Positions 47,852 to 60,666 of a stretch of 64,000 nucleotides of DNA are shown one piece after another; position 1 is the first letter of the stretch, and each line of letters opens with the position of its first letter. The stretch is from an uncultured Gemmataceae bacterium (GTDB lineage: Bacteria; Planctomycetota; Planctomycetia; Gemmatales; Gemmataceae). The stretch is taken from the NCBI GenBank assembly GCA_963750165.1, contig CAVVPN010000003.1:640001-704000 (forward strand), written 5' to 3'. The notes under the pieces are model-generated. The model worked only from the letters and a program-made list of their open reading frames with translations, searched no databases and had not been told where the DNA came from. The position numbers were made by a program, and so were the translations under genes.

Positions 47852-48970
47852 TCAGCCCATCAGCTGCCGGAACTGCTCGAACAGATAGCTGCTGTCGTGC
47901 GGCCCCGCGGACGCCTCGGGGTGGTACTGCACGCTGAACAGCGGGTAGCGCCGGTGCCGCAGCCCTTCCAACGTGCCGTCGTTCAGGTTGACGTGCGTCG
48001 GCTCCACGTCCGCCGGCAGGCTCTCCGGCAGCACCGCGAAGCCGTGGTTCTGCACCGTGATCTCCACGCGGCCCGTCGTGTGGTTGAGCACCGGCTGGTT
48101 GGCACCGCGATGGCCGAACTTCATCTTGAACGTCTTGCCGCCCAGCGCTAGCCCGAGCATCTGGTGTCCCAGGCATATCCCAAAAATCGGTTTCTTGCCG
48201 ATCAGCTGGCGGACAGTGTTGACGATGTAGCCGAGCGCCTCGGGGTCGCCGGGGCCGTTCGACAGGAAGATGCCGTCGGGCTTGTGGGCCAAAATGTGCT
48301 CGGCGCCGGCGGTGGCGGGCACGACGGTGACGCGGCAGCCGACCTGCACCAGGCAGCGCGGGATATTCCATTTCATGCCGCAGTCCACGGCGACGACGTG
48401 GTGAGTGGCCTCGCGGGCCGGCAGCAGCGTCGAGGCGAACGCACTTTCAAAGCCGGCCGACCAGGCGAACGCCTGTTCTGGCACCACCTCGCGCACCAGA
48501 TCGCGGCCGACGATGCCGGGGCTGCTGCGGGCCTTGTGGACCAGCGAGGCGTCATCGGCGTCGCTGGTGGACAGGACGCCCTTCATGGCGCCGCGCATGC
48601 GCAGCCGCCGTACCAGCGCCCGGGTGTCAATGCCCTCGATCCCGAGTACGCCGTGCTCGGCCAGATAAGCGTCGAGGCTGTGGTGTGACCGGAAGTTGCT
48701 CGGTGTGCGGGCCAGCTCGCGGACGATGAAGCCTTCCACTTGTGGGTGCCGCGACTCGGTGTCCTCGGCGTTGACGCCGTAGTTGCCGATGAGCGGGTAG
48801 GTCATGGCGACAATCTGGCCCTTGTAGGACGGATCGGTCAACACCTCCTGGTAGCCGGTCATGCTGGTGTTGAACACGACCTCACCGGCCCGTTCGCCGG
48901 CGGCGCCGAAGCGCCGCCCGGTGTACACGGTGCCGTCTTCCAGGGCCAACTTCGCCCAGGGAATGCTCAC
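47852..48970 (-). CDS. carA: Carbamoyl-phosphate synthase small subunit
   Basis: GEVVFNTSMTGYQE.LTDPSY, LSNGPGDP, GICLGHQ, FGHRGAN, QYHPEAS.GPHD. Confidence 0.97.
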   Translation of the reverse strand: MSIPWAKLALEDGTVYTGRRFGAAGERAGEVVFNTSMTGYQEVLTDPSYKGQIVAMTYPLIGNYGVNAEDTESRHPQVEGFIVRELARTPSNFRSHHSLDAYLAEHGVLGIEGIDTRALVRRLRMRGAMKGVLSTSDADDASLVHKARSSPGIVGRDLVREVVPEQAFAWSAGFESAFASTLLPAREATHHVVAVDCGMKWNIPRCLVQVGCRVTVVPATAGAEHILAHKPDGIFLSNGPGDPEALGYIVNTVRQLIGKKPIFGICLGHQMLGLALGGKTFKMKFGHRGANQPVLNHTTGRVEITVQNHGFAVLPESLPADVEPTHVNLNDGTLEGLRHRRYPLFSVQYHPEASAGPHDSSYLFEQFRQLMG

Positions 48971-48983
48971 TGCTCGCCTCCGC

Positions 48984-49094
48984 AGTCATTAGTCATTAGT
49001 CAATAATCATTAGTTATACGGGTTCAAGGCCCAGGTGTTCACCCCGGCGCTCGAGCCCGGATAACTAATGACTATTGACTAATGACTAATGACT
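48984..49094. repeat. Inverted repeat of AGTCATT heptamer arrays (MITE-like)
   Basis: 34-bp arms (agtcatt agtcatt agtcaat aatcatt agttat) with one mismatch, enclosing a 43-bp GC-rich core. Confidence 0.9.
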
Positions 49095-49509
49095 ACTTCC
49101 GCTTGAACGCGAGCGTGAAGTCCTCGAAGTTGATCTGCTTGTGGCCGTTGCCGGAGGCGGTGAAGAACTGCTCCAGCAGGTCGCGGACCAGCGCCGAGTC
49201 GAGGCGGTAGAAGTTGTGCTTGCCGTCCCGGCGACAGCCGACCAGGTTGCGGTCGCGCAACAGCCGTAGGTGGTGGCTGACCGCCGGTTGCGACACCTTG
49301 TGGCCAAGCAGGTCGCACAGCTCGGAGACGTGCATCTCGCCGCGTTGTGCCAGCGCCAGCAGGATGGTCAACCGTGACTCGTCCGACAACAGGTCGAACA
49401 CGTCGGTCAGGCCCTTGATGATGCGATCCGAGACGGTCAGGTGCGGCGGCGCCGCCAACGGAGCGGCCTTTTTGCGCGGCTTGTTCAGAACGGTCGAGGG
49501 GGTGCTCAC
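49093..49509 (-). CDS. ArsR/SmtB family transcriptional regulator
   Basis: LSDESRLTILLAL, SQPAVSHHLRLLR..LV..RRDGK..FY. Confidence 0.88.
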   Translation of the reverse strand: MSTPSTVLNKPRKKAAPLAAPPHLTVSDRIIKGLTDVFDLLSDESRLTILLALAQRGEMHVSELCDLLGHKVSQPAVSHHLRLLRDRNLVGCRRDGKHNFYRLDSALVRDLLEQFFTASGNGHKQINFEDFTLAFKRK

Positions 49510-49930
49510 GGAATTTCCTCCTGCGCAGGAGGGGGACGGCCCCTCCGATTGGTGCGCAACGGTACGGGGTGGCGCGGCCGGGAATAGAGCCAGGCTGAGG
49601 CGCGCCGCCGGGAACGAGAATCGCCCTGTGCTGGATCACCAACGTCAGCCGCTGCGGACGCCAGGGAACGCCGTCGCCTCGGTTCGCGGGCGGAGGTGCG
49701 AGTCAACCGCCCGGGGGTCGAACTGAGGTCAACATGTGTTTGGCTGTTGATCCGTTTATCCACGCAACAACTGTATTTTTCGTAGCATACCCGCCGCCCG
49801 GCTGAGGTCAACCATAATTTTAAGAATAATAGATATTTTGATGTCAAACGAGGAGAAAGGGGAGGGGAATTCGTTCTGGCGCTTGCGGGTTAGCGCTCCC
49901 CACCAGGCCGCAAGCGGCAGCAACAGCAGG

Positions 49931-50821
<891 letters not shown>

Positions 50822-50955
50822 CCGCGCTGGTCCGGGCGGGCCCGGCTCCTCAAGGCCCGGGGTAGTCGGTGTCGAAGCCGTGGCCCGGTCAGGAGACCGG
50901 GCCACAACGAGGTGACCGGAGCCTGCTGTCTTTCAATTTGCAATCTGCAATGAAA

Positions 50956-51576
<621 letters not shown>

Positions 51577-51644
51577 GATGTCTCTCCCGAAAAAGGAAAT
51601 GGGCTCCCGTACGGTCAATATATGGGGTCCGGGACCGGGGGGCA

Positions 51645-51710
51645 GGGGTAGCGGAAGTCGCCAGACTTCCGAGCAGCATCGGACGGAAGTCTGGCGACTT
51701 CTGCTACCCC
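51645..51710. repeat. REP-like palindrome
   Basis: ggggtagcggaagtcgccagacttccg ... cggaagtctggcgacttctgctacccc. Confidence 0.85.
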
Positions 51711-51719
51711 CAAAGCCCG

Positions 51720-52094
51720 CTAGCCCGCCACGGGTTCCGCGATCTCCGGCTCGGGCATCGGCTCCTTCACGATCTGCAGGAAGTGCAGGCCCTTCTTGCG
51801 GGCGAGCAGTTCGGCGAGTTTCTCGTCCGCGGCGGCGCGCTGGTTGTAGTTAAAGATCGCCACCTGCTTCATGGCCGAGTCGAAAACGCCCCAGCGAGCG
51901 CACATCCGCGGCGGGGCCTTCTTCGCCCGCGGTTTGCGCACCTTGGGAGTCGCGGATTTCGCCCGGGACTTCCGGGCGGGCTTGGCCTCCGCCTCCGCTT
52001 CGGGTGCCGCCTCCGCTTCGGGTGCCGCCTCCGGTTGATCCGCGGCGTCCGCCTGTTTACGCAATTCCCGGCGATTCAAGATACGACCTGCCAT
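51720..52094 (-). CDS. Conserved planctomycete-type small basic hypothetical protein
   Basis: [12 protein letters not shown], Lys/Ala-rich linker, RWGVFD..MKQVA.F.Y, HFLQ.VKEP. Confidence 0.75.
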   Translation of the reverse strand: MAGRILNRRELRKQADAADQPEAAPEAEAAPEAEAEAKPARKSRAKSATPKVRKPRAKKAPPRMCARWGVFDSAMKQVAIFNYNQRAAADEKLAELLARKKGLHFLQIVKEPMPEPEIAEPVAG

Positions 52095-52216
52095 GAGGGC
52101 CTGCTTTCCGGTCAGAGGAAGGGGATGAGGGGTTATACGAAAGCGCCTTGCCTTTGCTTGAGCCCGAAGCGCCAGCGAGGGACAGCGCTCGGGCTCCGAC
52201 CCAGTGCGATTCCGAA

Positions 52217-52525
52217 CTAATTGCCATGCGTCGGCCCTTTCGCGAGCGAATGAATGTGGGCCGCGGTAAAGACGACGGGGTAGCCGGCGCGCGGCGTCTG
52301 CTCGCCCGCCCCCAGCTCGTCGGCCACCTTGCCGCGGAAGGTGGGACCGCGAATACTGGTGATCCGCACCAGCAAAGTGCGCGGCGGCTTCGTGCTGCGC
52401 AGAAAGGTGAGGCGAACAAAATCGCCAGCGGCCACGCCGCGGATCGCGTCCCGCAGCTCGATGTCCTCGATGCCCTTCAGGCGGCGCAACTCCTCAATGT
52501 TCTCGATCGCGACCGGTTCACGCAT
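52217..52525 (-). CDS. Hypothetical protein (102 aa)
   Basis: AAGGA RBS, globular-looking sequence, co-oriented with its neighbours. Confidence 0.65.
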   Translation of the reverse strand: MREPVAIENIEELRRLKGIEDIELRDAIRGVAAGDFVRLTFLRSTKPPRTLLVRITSIRGPTFRGKVADELGAGEQTPRAGYPVVFTAAHIHSLAKGPTHGN

Positions 52526-52606
52526 GGTTGTTCCTTTAAAAGGCCATCACGGTCGGCTGTGTTGACATCATATCCTCCGGAAAACGCCGGGCGGTCGGCG
52601 CGGATC

Positions 52607-53068
52607 CTAACGTGCCTGGGTCCCGGAGCCAGCGTCCGCCACCTGGATGGCGACCAGTTCCACTTCCAGTTCCACGGCCAGGCCGGCAAAGCGATGATTG
52701 GTATCGACGACCACCGTCTCGCCGTGGATTTCGAGGATGCGCACCAGACGGCGACGGCCGTGGCTGGTCAGGATCGGCACCCATTTGCCGACCGGCAGGG
52801 GGCGGTCGGCGGCGAACCGCGCCCGCGACCAGCGCTGGACGCGGCTGGGGTCGGGTGTGCCATAGGCGAGTTCCGGCGGCACGCTGATGGTCGTCCGGCT
52901 GCCCGGGGAGAGGCCGACCAGCGCCAGGCCCAAGCCGGGCAAGCGCGGGTGGGCGACGCCAACGGTCAGGTCGAGCGGCGTCCGGTTGCGCGAGGAGGCC
53001 ACCGAGCCGTCCTGGAAGCGCTTCACGTAATGGACCTGCACGCGGTCTCCGGACTGAGCGGTTCGCAT
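52607..53068 (-). CDS. FKBP-type peptidyl-prolyl isomerase (SlyD-like)
   Basis: GDRVQVHY, LPGL..AL.GL..G, VPPELAYG, VDTNHRFAG. Confidence 0.85.
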   Translation of the reverse strand: MRTAQSGDRVQVHYVKRFQDGSVASSRNRTPLDLTVGVAHPRLPGLGLALVGLSPGSRTTISVPPELAYGTPDPSRVQRWSRARFAADRPLPVGKWVPILTSHGRRRLVRILEIHGETVVVDTNHRFAGLAVELEVELVAIQVADAGSGTQAR

Positions 53069-53499
53069 CACTGGTTCCTTTCTAAACGCAGGAAGGGCGG
53101 CGGAGGTGGTGGATGGCAAGCATCCAGCCCCGGCGCCGCAGTGGTCCGCCAATTCTCGGTGCGCGAGAGGGGTGAAGAGGAATTGCAAGATCGGCCGGCA
53201 TCTCCGCGCACTGGAGGACGAATTAGACCGCCCTACTCCGCACGCTTGATGGCCGTCCGGTTCCTGGAGAGGAGAGGAGGTTTCATCAGGGATGAAGAGC
53301 AACTTCGTCTTATTCTATACAAACAGGGCCACAATGACCAGCCCGGCTCCGCGCTCGCGGGCCGGTAGCGCGTGGAGCGCCATTGCTCCGGCCGTCAACG
53401 CCGTGGTGCTTCGGCCAGCCTAAATATTCGTGATGGCAGTGAAGCCCATTCCCGAGCCCAGTGCGCGAGTGAGGCAGCCAGACTCGAATATTTAGCCTG

Positions 53500-53680
53500 G
53501 ATGGAGCACTGGCCCCGCCTGCGCGCCGCCGGCAAGTTGCCGCCATCTGTCCGCCTGGGGCGCAAGGTGCTGTGGCGCCGCGCCGAGGTAGTCGCCTGGA
53601 TTGAGAGCGGCTGCCCTGACGCCCGCACCTGGGCTGCGATGTCCGCTGCCCGTCGGCGAAACGGGCGGCCTGTTGGTTAG
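53500..53680 (+). pseudogene. AlpA/excisionase-like HTH fragment
   Basis: RLRAAGKLPPSVRLGRKVLWRRAEVVAWIESGCP; the N-terminal helix appears missing. Confidence 0.55.
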
Positions 53681-53888
53681 ACCTGTGGGGCTTGTGTGCT
53701 GATGCCGGGCTGGACTCCTACTCCTTGCCTTCCGGCTGCCGAGCGGCAAGCGCTGCCAGCGACTGGGACCCCCGGCTATTTCAGGAGATTTTGAGAGATA
53801 AACTGAGACGGAAGCAGCGCAACCGCCGGATGACGAAAACCGCGGAAAACCCAAGGAATCCGCGGTTTCTTTTGGAAAAGATGAGCAG

Positions 53889-53959
53889 AGGCCCCTCCCG
53901 GATTCGAACCGGGGATGGCGGATTTGCAATCCGCTGCCTTACCGCTTGGCGAAGGGGCC
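53889..53959 (-). tRNA. tRNA-Cys (GCA)
   Basis: Minus strand GGCCCCTTCGCCAAGCGGTAAGGCAGCGGATTGCAAATCCGCCATCCCCGGTTCGAATCCGGGAGGGGCCT folds as a cloverleaf with GCA anticodon; CCA not encoded. Confidence 0.96.
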
Positions 53960-54026
53960 GCAAAACCTCGGGCATCTTAGCCCGCCGGCGCACGGCTGTC
54001 AACGCAGCCCGCGGCGCCGCCGGACC

Positions 54027-54767
54027 TTACAGCCGGCCCGCCTTCAACTTGCGCGTCAGCTCCTGGATGCGCCCCTGGCTCTCCTGCCGCGCCGCCGCGA
54101 AGCCCTTCACGTTCACCTTGCCCGCTTTCAGATAGTCCAGCACCACCGCCTCCGCCGCCATCAGCTCCTGACAGCCCTTCGCCACCAGCGACGCGATCTC
54201 GTTGGGGATCGTCGTTACGCCGTTGCGGTCGCCGTGCAGCAGGTCGCCCGGATGCACCGTCACGCCGCCAACGTGCACCGGCACGTTCAGCTGCACGATT
54301 TGACAGTAGCCGTGGGCGCACATGGTGCCGTTCGTGAAGCATGGGAAGCCCAGCGCTTCCACCTGGTCCAGGTCACGGCCGCTGCCGCTGGTGATGAGGC
54401 CAGCGGCGCCGAACGCCTTGTAGGTGCTACACATCACCTCGCCGAAGGTCGCGGCCGCCATCGGGTTGTCCAGATCCTGGAACACCACCACCGCCGGCCC
54501 CGGCAACTCCGCGAACGACGCCACCTGATCCGCCAGCCCCGAGTACACCGTCCCCGCCCGCGACGGCGCTGCCGAGCGGAACGTCGCCGTCGAGGCGTAG
54601 CCGACCATCGGCGGCAGCTTTGGGAAACACGGTTGAATGCGGCCGTCCAGGTAGCCGGCCGTGCGCGGCCGCACATCGAACAGTTCGACCACGTTGCAGA
54701 CCGTCGGCGTGTCGAACTTGCGCAGCAACTCCAGGTCGCTCGCCGGCACCGCATGGAAACTGGACAT
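54027..54767 (-). CDS. RraA/HMG-aldolase family protein
   Basis: [44 protein letters not shown]. Confidence 0.85.
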   Translation of the reverse strand: MSSFHAVPASDLELLRKFDTPTVCNVVELFDVRPRTAGYLDGRIQPCFPKLPPMVGYASTATFRSAAPSRAGTVYSGLADQVASFAELPGPAVVVFQDLDNPMAAATFGEVMCSTYKAFGAAGLITSGSGRDLDQVEALGFPCFTNGTMCAHGYCQIVQLNVPVHVGGVTVHPGDLLHGDRNGVTTIPNEIASLVAKGCQELMAAEAVVLDYLKAGKVNVKGFAAARQESQGRIQELTRKLKAGRL

Positions 54768-54784
54768 GGTTGACCTCAAATTCT

Positions 54785-54840
54785 CGTGGGATCGGCTTCC
54801 AGCCTGTCAGACGCTCGACAGGCTGGAAACCGATTCCACG
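54785..54840. repeat. REP-like palindrome (cgtgggacaggcttccagcctgtc family), copy 2
   Basis: cgtgggatcggcttccagcctgtc ... gacaggctggaaaccgattccacg. Confidence 0.85.
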
Positions 54841-54974
54841 TTCCAACCTACCGCGGCCGCCCCCAAAAGCAACGCAAAATCACAAATCCGTCCGTTCGGG
54901 GTTGTCAGGACGGGCGCGGCGGGGAACAATGAGAGTAGCTTTCCCCTCACGCATGACCCCGCAGGAATTGCCGC

Positions 54975-55283
54975 GTGAATCGCATTCTGGCCGTCGTCTG
55001 GCTGATCGTCGCTCTGTTCGCGTTTGGCGTGGCCTGGTCCGGCCCCAAAGCGGAGCAGTTTCCCATCAACCCGGCCACTGTCGCCTGGGTGGCGGCGTTC
55101 CTGGCCTTCTACAACGTGGTCCGCTGGTGGGGCATGCGTCTGGCGGTGAAGGAACGGCGGCCGCTGCCCTCCACACTCGCCCACCGCCGCTACGACGACG
55201 CCCTCCGCGCTCCGGACCCCAATTTCAACTTCACCGACGCGCCGGCGCCAACCGGCATCACCAAACCGGACACGAAACCGTGA
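54975..55283 (+). CDS. Small two-TM membrane protein
   Basis: Two hydrophobic segments; AGGA RBS before GTG. Confidence 0.65.
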   Translation: MNRILAVVWLIVALFAFGVAWSGPKAEQFPINPATVAWVAAFLAFYNVVRWWGMRLAVKERRPLPSTLAHRRYDDALRAPDPNFNFTDAPAPTGITKPDTKP

Positions 55284-55514
55284 TTTGTCTTGCATTCGCC
55301 GCGGCGAACGGCGAAACTACAGCTACCCCAACGAGCGCATCGACCGCGCCCACCCGCCACCCTGACCCGCCCGTTTCCGTGTCCCCCACGCGACCGCCGG
55401 CCCCGTTCGGGCCACCTTGACTCGCCGGGGGGCGGATGTAACCATAAGCACTGGTGCCCTGAAGCGGCCGACCATCACCGGATTCGGACGCCGCATTCTT
55501 CAAAGAGTCCAGCC

Positions 55515-57815
55515 ATGGCGCGAAAGAAGTCCCGTCACCCGCAGCGCAGCAGCAGTCCCGGCACGGCGGCCGCCCCGGCGCCCAGCCCCGCCCGCACCGC
55601 CGTTGCCCCGGCGCCCGCCACGGCCATCACCGCCAACGGCAACGCCGCCCCGCCGCGGTCACCGGTCGTGGGCACCGCGACGACCGAGCAACCTCAGTCC
55701 AAAAAGAAACCCGCCGAGCGTTCGCTGCTCGAAATCGTCATCCAGCGCTGCGCCCGCACCCTCGGCTCACTGCAAATGGCCGTCATTCTGCTGATCCTGT
55801 TCGCGCTGGTCGTCCTGCTCGGCACCTTCATGGAGAGCTGGTACAGCACCAAGATCGCCCAGGTGCTGGTCTACAAGTCCTGGTGGTTCGTGCTGCTGCT
55901 CGGGCTGCTGGCGGTCAACATCTTCTTCGCGGCCGCCAAGAAGTGGCCGTGGAAGAAGCACCAGACTGGTTTCATCATCACGCATATCGGCCTGCTCATC
56001 CTGCTGAGCGGCGGCGTCCTCAACGCCCTGGGCGGCGTGGACGCCCAGGCCCAGCTCATCGACACCCCCGACCTTGAGATTCAGGATCTCGTCCGGCAAA
56101 ACATGGGGTCGATGATGCAGTCCACCACCCGGTGCCTGTTCACCGACACGGCGCAGCTCAGCCTTCGCGAGAACCAACCGGACCTCGGCGACGCGCACGG
56201 CTTCCACATGGCCCGTAAGACCGCGGTCAAGGGCAAGCCGGTCGAGATCGATTTCGAGCCCGGCCCGCTGCCCTGGAAGTCCGAGAACCAGCACACCTCC
56301 GACCTGCTGCTGTCCTTCATGACCTGGCTGGCCAGCCCGTTCGGCCACTCCTGTGAAATGGGCATGCAGGACAACACCCGCCTGGAAGTCCTCGACTTCA
56401 TGCCGCACGCCCGCCGTGAGCGCTTCAGCGCCAGCAACCGCGACGGCTTCCCGGCCCTCAAGGTGGAGTTGCGCTCGCTGCGCATGAGCGCACGGCCCAT
56501 GGACCGCTGGCTGGCCGTCAACACCCGCGACCCCCGCCGCCTGAGCGACCGCGCCCTCAACGCCGGGCCGGCCATCATCGAGTTCATCGGCCTGTGTCCG
56601 GAGCCGCTGCTGGAGGAGTTCAAGCACCCCGTCACCACCGCCGGCAAGGGCAAGCAGGGCGTGCTCGCGATCCTGCCGCCGGGCGGTGGCCCCGGCGACC
56701 GCGTCGCGCTGGACGTGGAGGAAGCCACGAACAAGCCGCACACCCTGCCGGGCGGCCTGACCATCAAGATCGACAAGTACCTGCCGACGTTGATGAAGGA
56801 GAATCCCCAGGCGGACGACGCACCGGTTGATCCGGTGGTGTACTTCACACTATCCCGGCCGGGTGAACCGGACCGCCAGTTCATCGTCTTCGCCCGCATC
56901 ACCGGCTACGTCGTGCAGGTGGAGCGCGGCTTCCTCCTGCAGGGGGCCGACCCGGACCTGCCGCTGTTCTGGTTCCACACTCCCGACGTGCGCCAGGGCC
57001 GGCAGGGCGGGCAGGGCCAGCTGGAAGTCAAGGGCGTGCTGCAGTTCGTCCAGGTGCCGGGCGGCGCCCTGTGGTTCCGGTCCTTCTCGCGGCGAGAGGA
57101 CGGCGCCTTTGGCCTGGAGAAGCGCGATCGCGTTGCCGCCCTGAACACCGACACCGACATCTGGGGCCGCATGCAGTGGAAGTTCCGCGTCGTGGAGCAC
57201 CTGCCGGAGGCCGTCGAGGAGGAGCGCTATATGCCGGCGCCGGTGGCGGCCGGCAAGGACACCGAGGAGGACAACTTCCGCTACCCGGCGGTGATCCGCT
57301 GCAAGCTGAGCACCGCCAAGAACGCCAAGGAGTTCTGGCTGCAGCGCGACAGCTCGCGCATTGTGGACGTGGACGGCCGCGAGTTCACGATCGCGTATCG
57401 CACCAAGGAAATGAACCTCGGCTTTGAGTTGAAGCTGGAGCGCGCCGAGCAGACGGTGGACCCCGGCACGCGGGCCGCCGCGACCTACACCAGTTACGTC
57501 CAGCTGTTCGACAAGGAAGAGAAGCTGGACGGCGTTCGCAAGATCATCACCATGAACGAACCACTGGAGCACCGCGGCCTGAAGTTCTACCAATCGACGT
57601 ACAAATTCCTGGGCACGTATGACGCCAACGGCCGGCCGGTGAGCCTCTCCGGCTTCACGGTGGGCCGCGACCCCGGTCTGGAACTGAAGTACCTGGGCTC
57701 GGTCCTGCTGGCCCTCGGCATCTTCACGATGTTTTACATGAAGGCGTACTTCTTCAAGCCGAAGGGCCGCGCCACCGCGCCGGCGACACCCGCGCCGCCC
57801 GGCCAACCCGCGTAA
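55515..57815 (+). CDS. ResB/Ccs1-like cytochrome c biogenesis protein
   Basis: LGSLQMAV, GTFMES, YKSWWF, GFIITHIGLLILL.G, ITMNEPL.HRG.KFYQS, RDPG..LKYLGS. Confidence 0.85.
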   Translation: MARKKSRHPQRSSSPGTAAAPAPSPARTAVAPAPATAITANGNAAPPRSPVVGTATTEQPQSKKKPAERSLLEIVIQRCARTLGSLQMAVILLILFALVVLLGTFMESWYSTKIAQVLVYKSWWFVLLLGLLAVNIFFAAAKKWPWKKHQTGFIITHIGLLILLSGGVLNALGGVDAQAQLIDTPDLEIQDLVRQNMGSMMQSTTRCLFTDTAQLSLRENQPDLGDAHGFHMARKTAVKGKPVEIDFEPGPLPWKSENQHTSDLLLSFMTWLASPFGHSCEMGMQDNTRLEVLDFMPHARRERFSASNRDGFPALKVELRSLRMSARPMDRWLAVNTRDPRRLSDRALNAGPAIIEFIGLCPEPLLEEFKHPVTTAGKGKQGVLAILPPGGGPGDRVALDVEEATNKPHTLPGGLTIKIDKYLPTLMKENPQADDAPVDPVVYFTLSRPGEPDRQFIVFARITGYVVQVERGFLLQGADPDLPLFWFHTPDVRQGRQGGQGQLEVKGVLQFVQVPGGALWFRSFSRREDGAFGLEKRDRVAALNTDTDIWGRMQWKFRVVEHLPEAVEEERYMPAPVAAGKDTEEDNFRYPAVIRCKLSTAKNAKEFWLQRDSSRIVDVDGREFTIAYRTKEMNLGFELKLERAEQTVDPGTRAAATYTSYVQLFDKEEKLDGVRKIITMNEPLEHRGLKFYQSTYKFLGTYDANGRPVSLSGFTVGRDPGLELKYLGSVLLALGIFTMFYMKAYFFKPKGRATAPATPAPPGQPA

Positions 57816-57863
57816 CCACGAGCCCCATCCGACCAGTGGGATTTCTCGCCCGAGGGAGCTAAC

Positions 57864-60516
57864 ATGTCCAACCCGTTCCAGAACAAGACACTGGGCGGAC
57901 TGCCGCTGACGCCGCCAGTCCTCTGGATCCTGGCCGGCATGGCGGTCGTCGCCGTCCTCATCGTGGCCCTGACGGTGGCGAATTTCCTGCCCGTCATCCA
58001 GGCGAGCGCGGTCACCGACGCCGGCGAGCGGAAGGTCGAACTGCCGAAATACGACGTTACCTCCTGGCACGCCATCGGCGTCCAGGACCACGGCCGCACC
58101 AAGCCGTTCGAGACCGCCTGCCGCGAAACCGTGCGGCTCATCGTCGGCCGCGAGTCGTTCCAGCGCCAGGACGCCGTGGCCGTGGTCCTCGAGCTGGATG
58201 CTGGAGGTCGATCCCAACGACAAGAAGGCCCGCAGTCAGTGGGACGACCTGCCGTTCATCCTGTGCGATCACAAGGAAGTGCGCAAGCTGATTTACACGC
58301 TCCAGGACGACGGCAGCGTGACCGACCCGAACGACCTGACGCACGACCAGGTTCACGGCAAGTACATGACGCCCGTGGAACTGCGTGCCTTCAAGGTGCG
58401 GGCGGAACGGCTGCTGCGGGAAAACCCCGAGCGCTGGAACACGTTGGTCAAGCCGATCGAGCGGCCGACCGAGGAGGTGCTCTACAGCCGGCTGGCCCTG
58501 TTTGACAAGATCCGCCAGCTGAAGCGGAAGGACGAGGGCTCGGCCCCGCCCCTGGAGCCGGTCGGCAACGGCGAGCAGGAGAAGGTGCCGCCGCCGAACG
58601 ACCCGTTCGCCTTCGTCGCGCTGGACCGGGTGCCGAACTCGCCCTGGTTCTCCCTCGCCGACCTGCGCTACATCCACGAGGACGCCAAACAGGACGAGAA
58701 GACGGGCAAGTGGACCTCGAAGCGTTGGACCGAAATCCTGATGAAGGAGCGCGTCAAGAACGCCCCGCAACTGTACATCCCCGCGGAGCAGAAGGAGGCG
58801 CTGAAGGAGTTCCAGGCCCAGGTCAAGGCGGGCACCGGCGCGCGGGCCATCGACGAGATGGCTCCCGAACTGCAGCAGCGCCGTCAGCAGTGGCTCGAGA
58901 AGTTCATCGCCGTGCGCAGCCAGAGCAAAAACAAGCGCGACGAGGCCGTGGCCATGATTGGCGCCCTGTTCAACAGCTTGCCGAGCACGACACGCGACGG
59001 CCGCACGGAATACGCCCCGGAGCTGCACGAGTCCATGATCCAGGTGCAAAAGCTTTACAAGGCTGAACAGGAGGGCAAGGAGGTCAAGACGGAAGCTTAC
59101 GTGCGTGAGCTGAGTTCGCTGCTCAATCAGCGCGACGCCTACCAGATGGACGATCTGAAAAAGCGACTGCCGCCGAAGTCCGGCTACGACCCGGCCGACC
59201 CCAACTACCGCATGCTGCATCTGACCTACCTGGAGACGCGCTACCCGGACCTGTACCGCCGCGCCACCGAATGGCAGGAGTACCCCGCGGAGAAGGTGCA
59301 GCGCGTCCTGGCCGCCCACAAGCAGCTGGCCGACGCCTATCGCTCCGGCGATGCCGGCCGCTTCGACCAGGCGACCACAAAATTCCTGGATACCGTTGCG
59401 GACGTGAGCAAGGAAGTCGGCCCGTACCCCGGCGAGGACACGGTGTCCGCGCGGCTGGGCATTCTGCTGAGCGGCCACAGCCTCGGCCAGCCGAGCCAGC
59501 AACTGCTCGACCTGGAGCGGACGTTCAACCGCGTCATGCCGTTCACGTTTGGCTGGATTCTGATGCTGGTGAGCCTGTTGCTGCTGTGCCTGGGCGTGGG
59601 GCTGCAGTCGCAGTGGTGCTACCGCATTGGCCTGGGCGTCTTCGGCGTGTCGCTGGCGTTCCAGCTGTACGGCCTGTTCGTGCGTGTGGTCATCTCCGGC
59701 CGGCCGCCGGTGAGCAACATGTACGAGACGGTCATCTGGGTGTCGTTCATGTCGGCGGTGATGGGCCTGATCCTGGAGTTGATCTACAAGCCGAAGGTGT
59801 TCGCCATCGGCGGCGCGGTGGTGGCGACAATGGGCCTGGTGCTGGCGGACCAGCTGCCGCTGGCGCTGGACCCGAAGATCAGCCCGCTGGTGCCGGTGCT
59901 GCGCAGCAACTTCTGGTTGACCATTCACGTGCTGGTGATCGTCAGCAGTTACGCGGCCGGCACGCTGGCGTGGGCGCTGGGCATGATCACGCTGTTGATG
60001 ATCGTGTTCGGCTCGAGGGCGCGGCAGGCGACGGTCAAGATGCTGTCGATGTTCACGTATCGGGCGCTGCAGGTGGCGGTGCTGCTGCTGGCGGCGGGCA
60101 CGTTCCTGGGCGGCTGGTGGGCGGCCTACTCGTGGGGTCGCTTCTGGGGCTGGGACCCCAAGGAGACCGGGGCGCTGATCGCGCTGCTGTGCTACGTGAT
60201 CCCGCTGCACATGCGCTACATCGGCTGGATCAAGGATTTCGGCCTGGCGGTGGCCGCGATCCTGTGTTACGCGGCGATCCTGATGTCATGGTACGGCGTC
60301 AACTTCGTGTTGGGGGCGGGGCTGCACAGCTACGGCTTCGGCGGCGGCGGCGAGGGCTGGGTCTACTGGGCGTGCCTGCTCAACATCGAGTGGGTCATGG
60401 CCGCGACGCTGGTCTACTGGCGCAAGCAGGCCGCGCCGTCCATGCAGGAGAAGATGCCGGCGTCCGAGCACATCACGGCGACGGTCGGTACGGCGCCGGA
60501 GCACGTCCAGGCGTAA
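57864..60516 (+). pseudogene. ccsA: Cytochrome c biogenesis protein CcsA/ResC with large periplasmic N-terminal region, frameshifted at ~58190
   Basis: VQDHGRTKP in the first frame; GRPPVSNMYE, PVLRSNFWLTIHV and WAAYSWGRFWGWDPKE (WWD), GLHSY in the second; removing 1 bp restores 'VLSWML'. Confidence 0.85.
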
Positions 60517-60542
60517 CTGTGTGCTGAGCCCGGAGCGCGGGC

Positions 60543-60593
60543 ACGAACCCGTTTACGTTTCGCGCGGCCCGCGCGAAACGTAAACGGGTTCGT
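60543..60593. terminator. Perfect hairpin after ccsA (REP/terminator)
   Basis: acgaacccgtttacgtttcgcgcgg-c-ccgcgcgaaacgtaaacgggttcgt. Confidence 0.75.
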
Positions 60594-60666
60594 CGTTGAC
60601 CGCGGCGGCCAGGCGTGCGATGATCCCTAACACGGATTCCCGAACCACGCCGCGGAGGCCGCTGCC

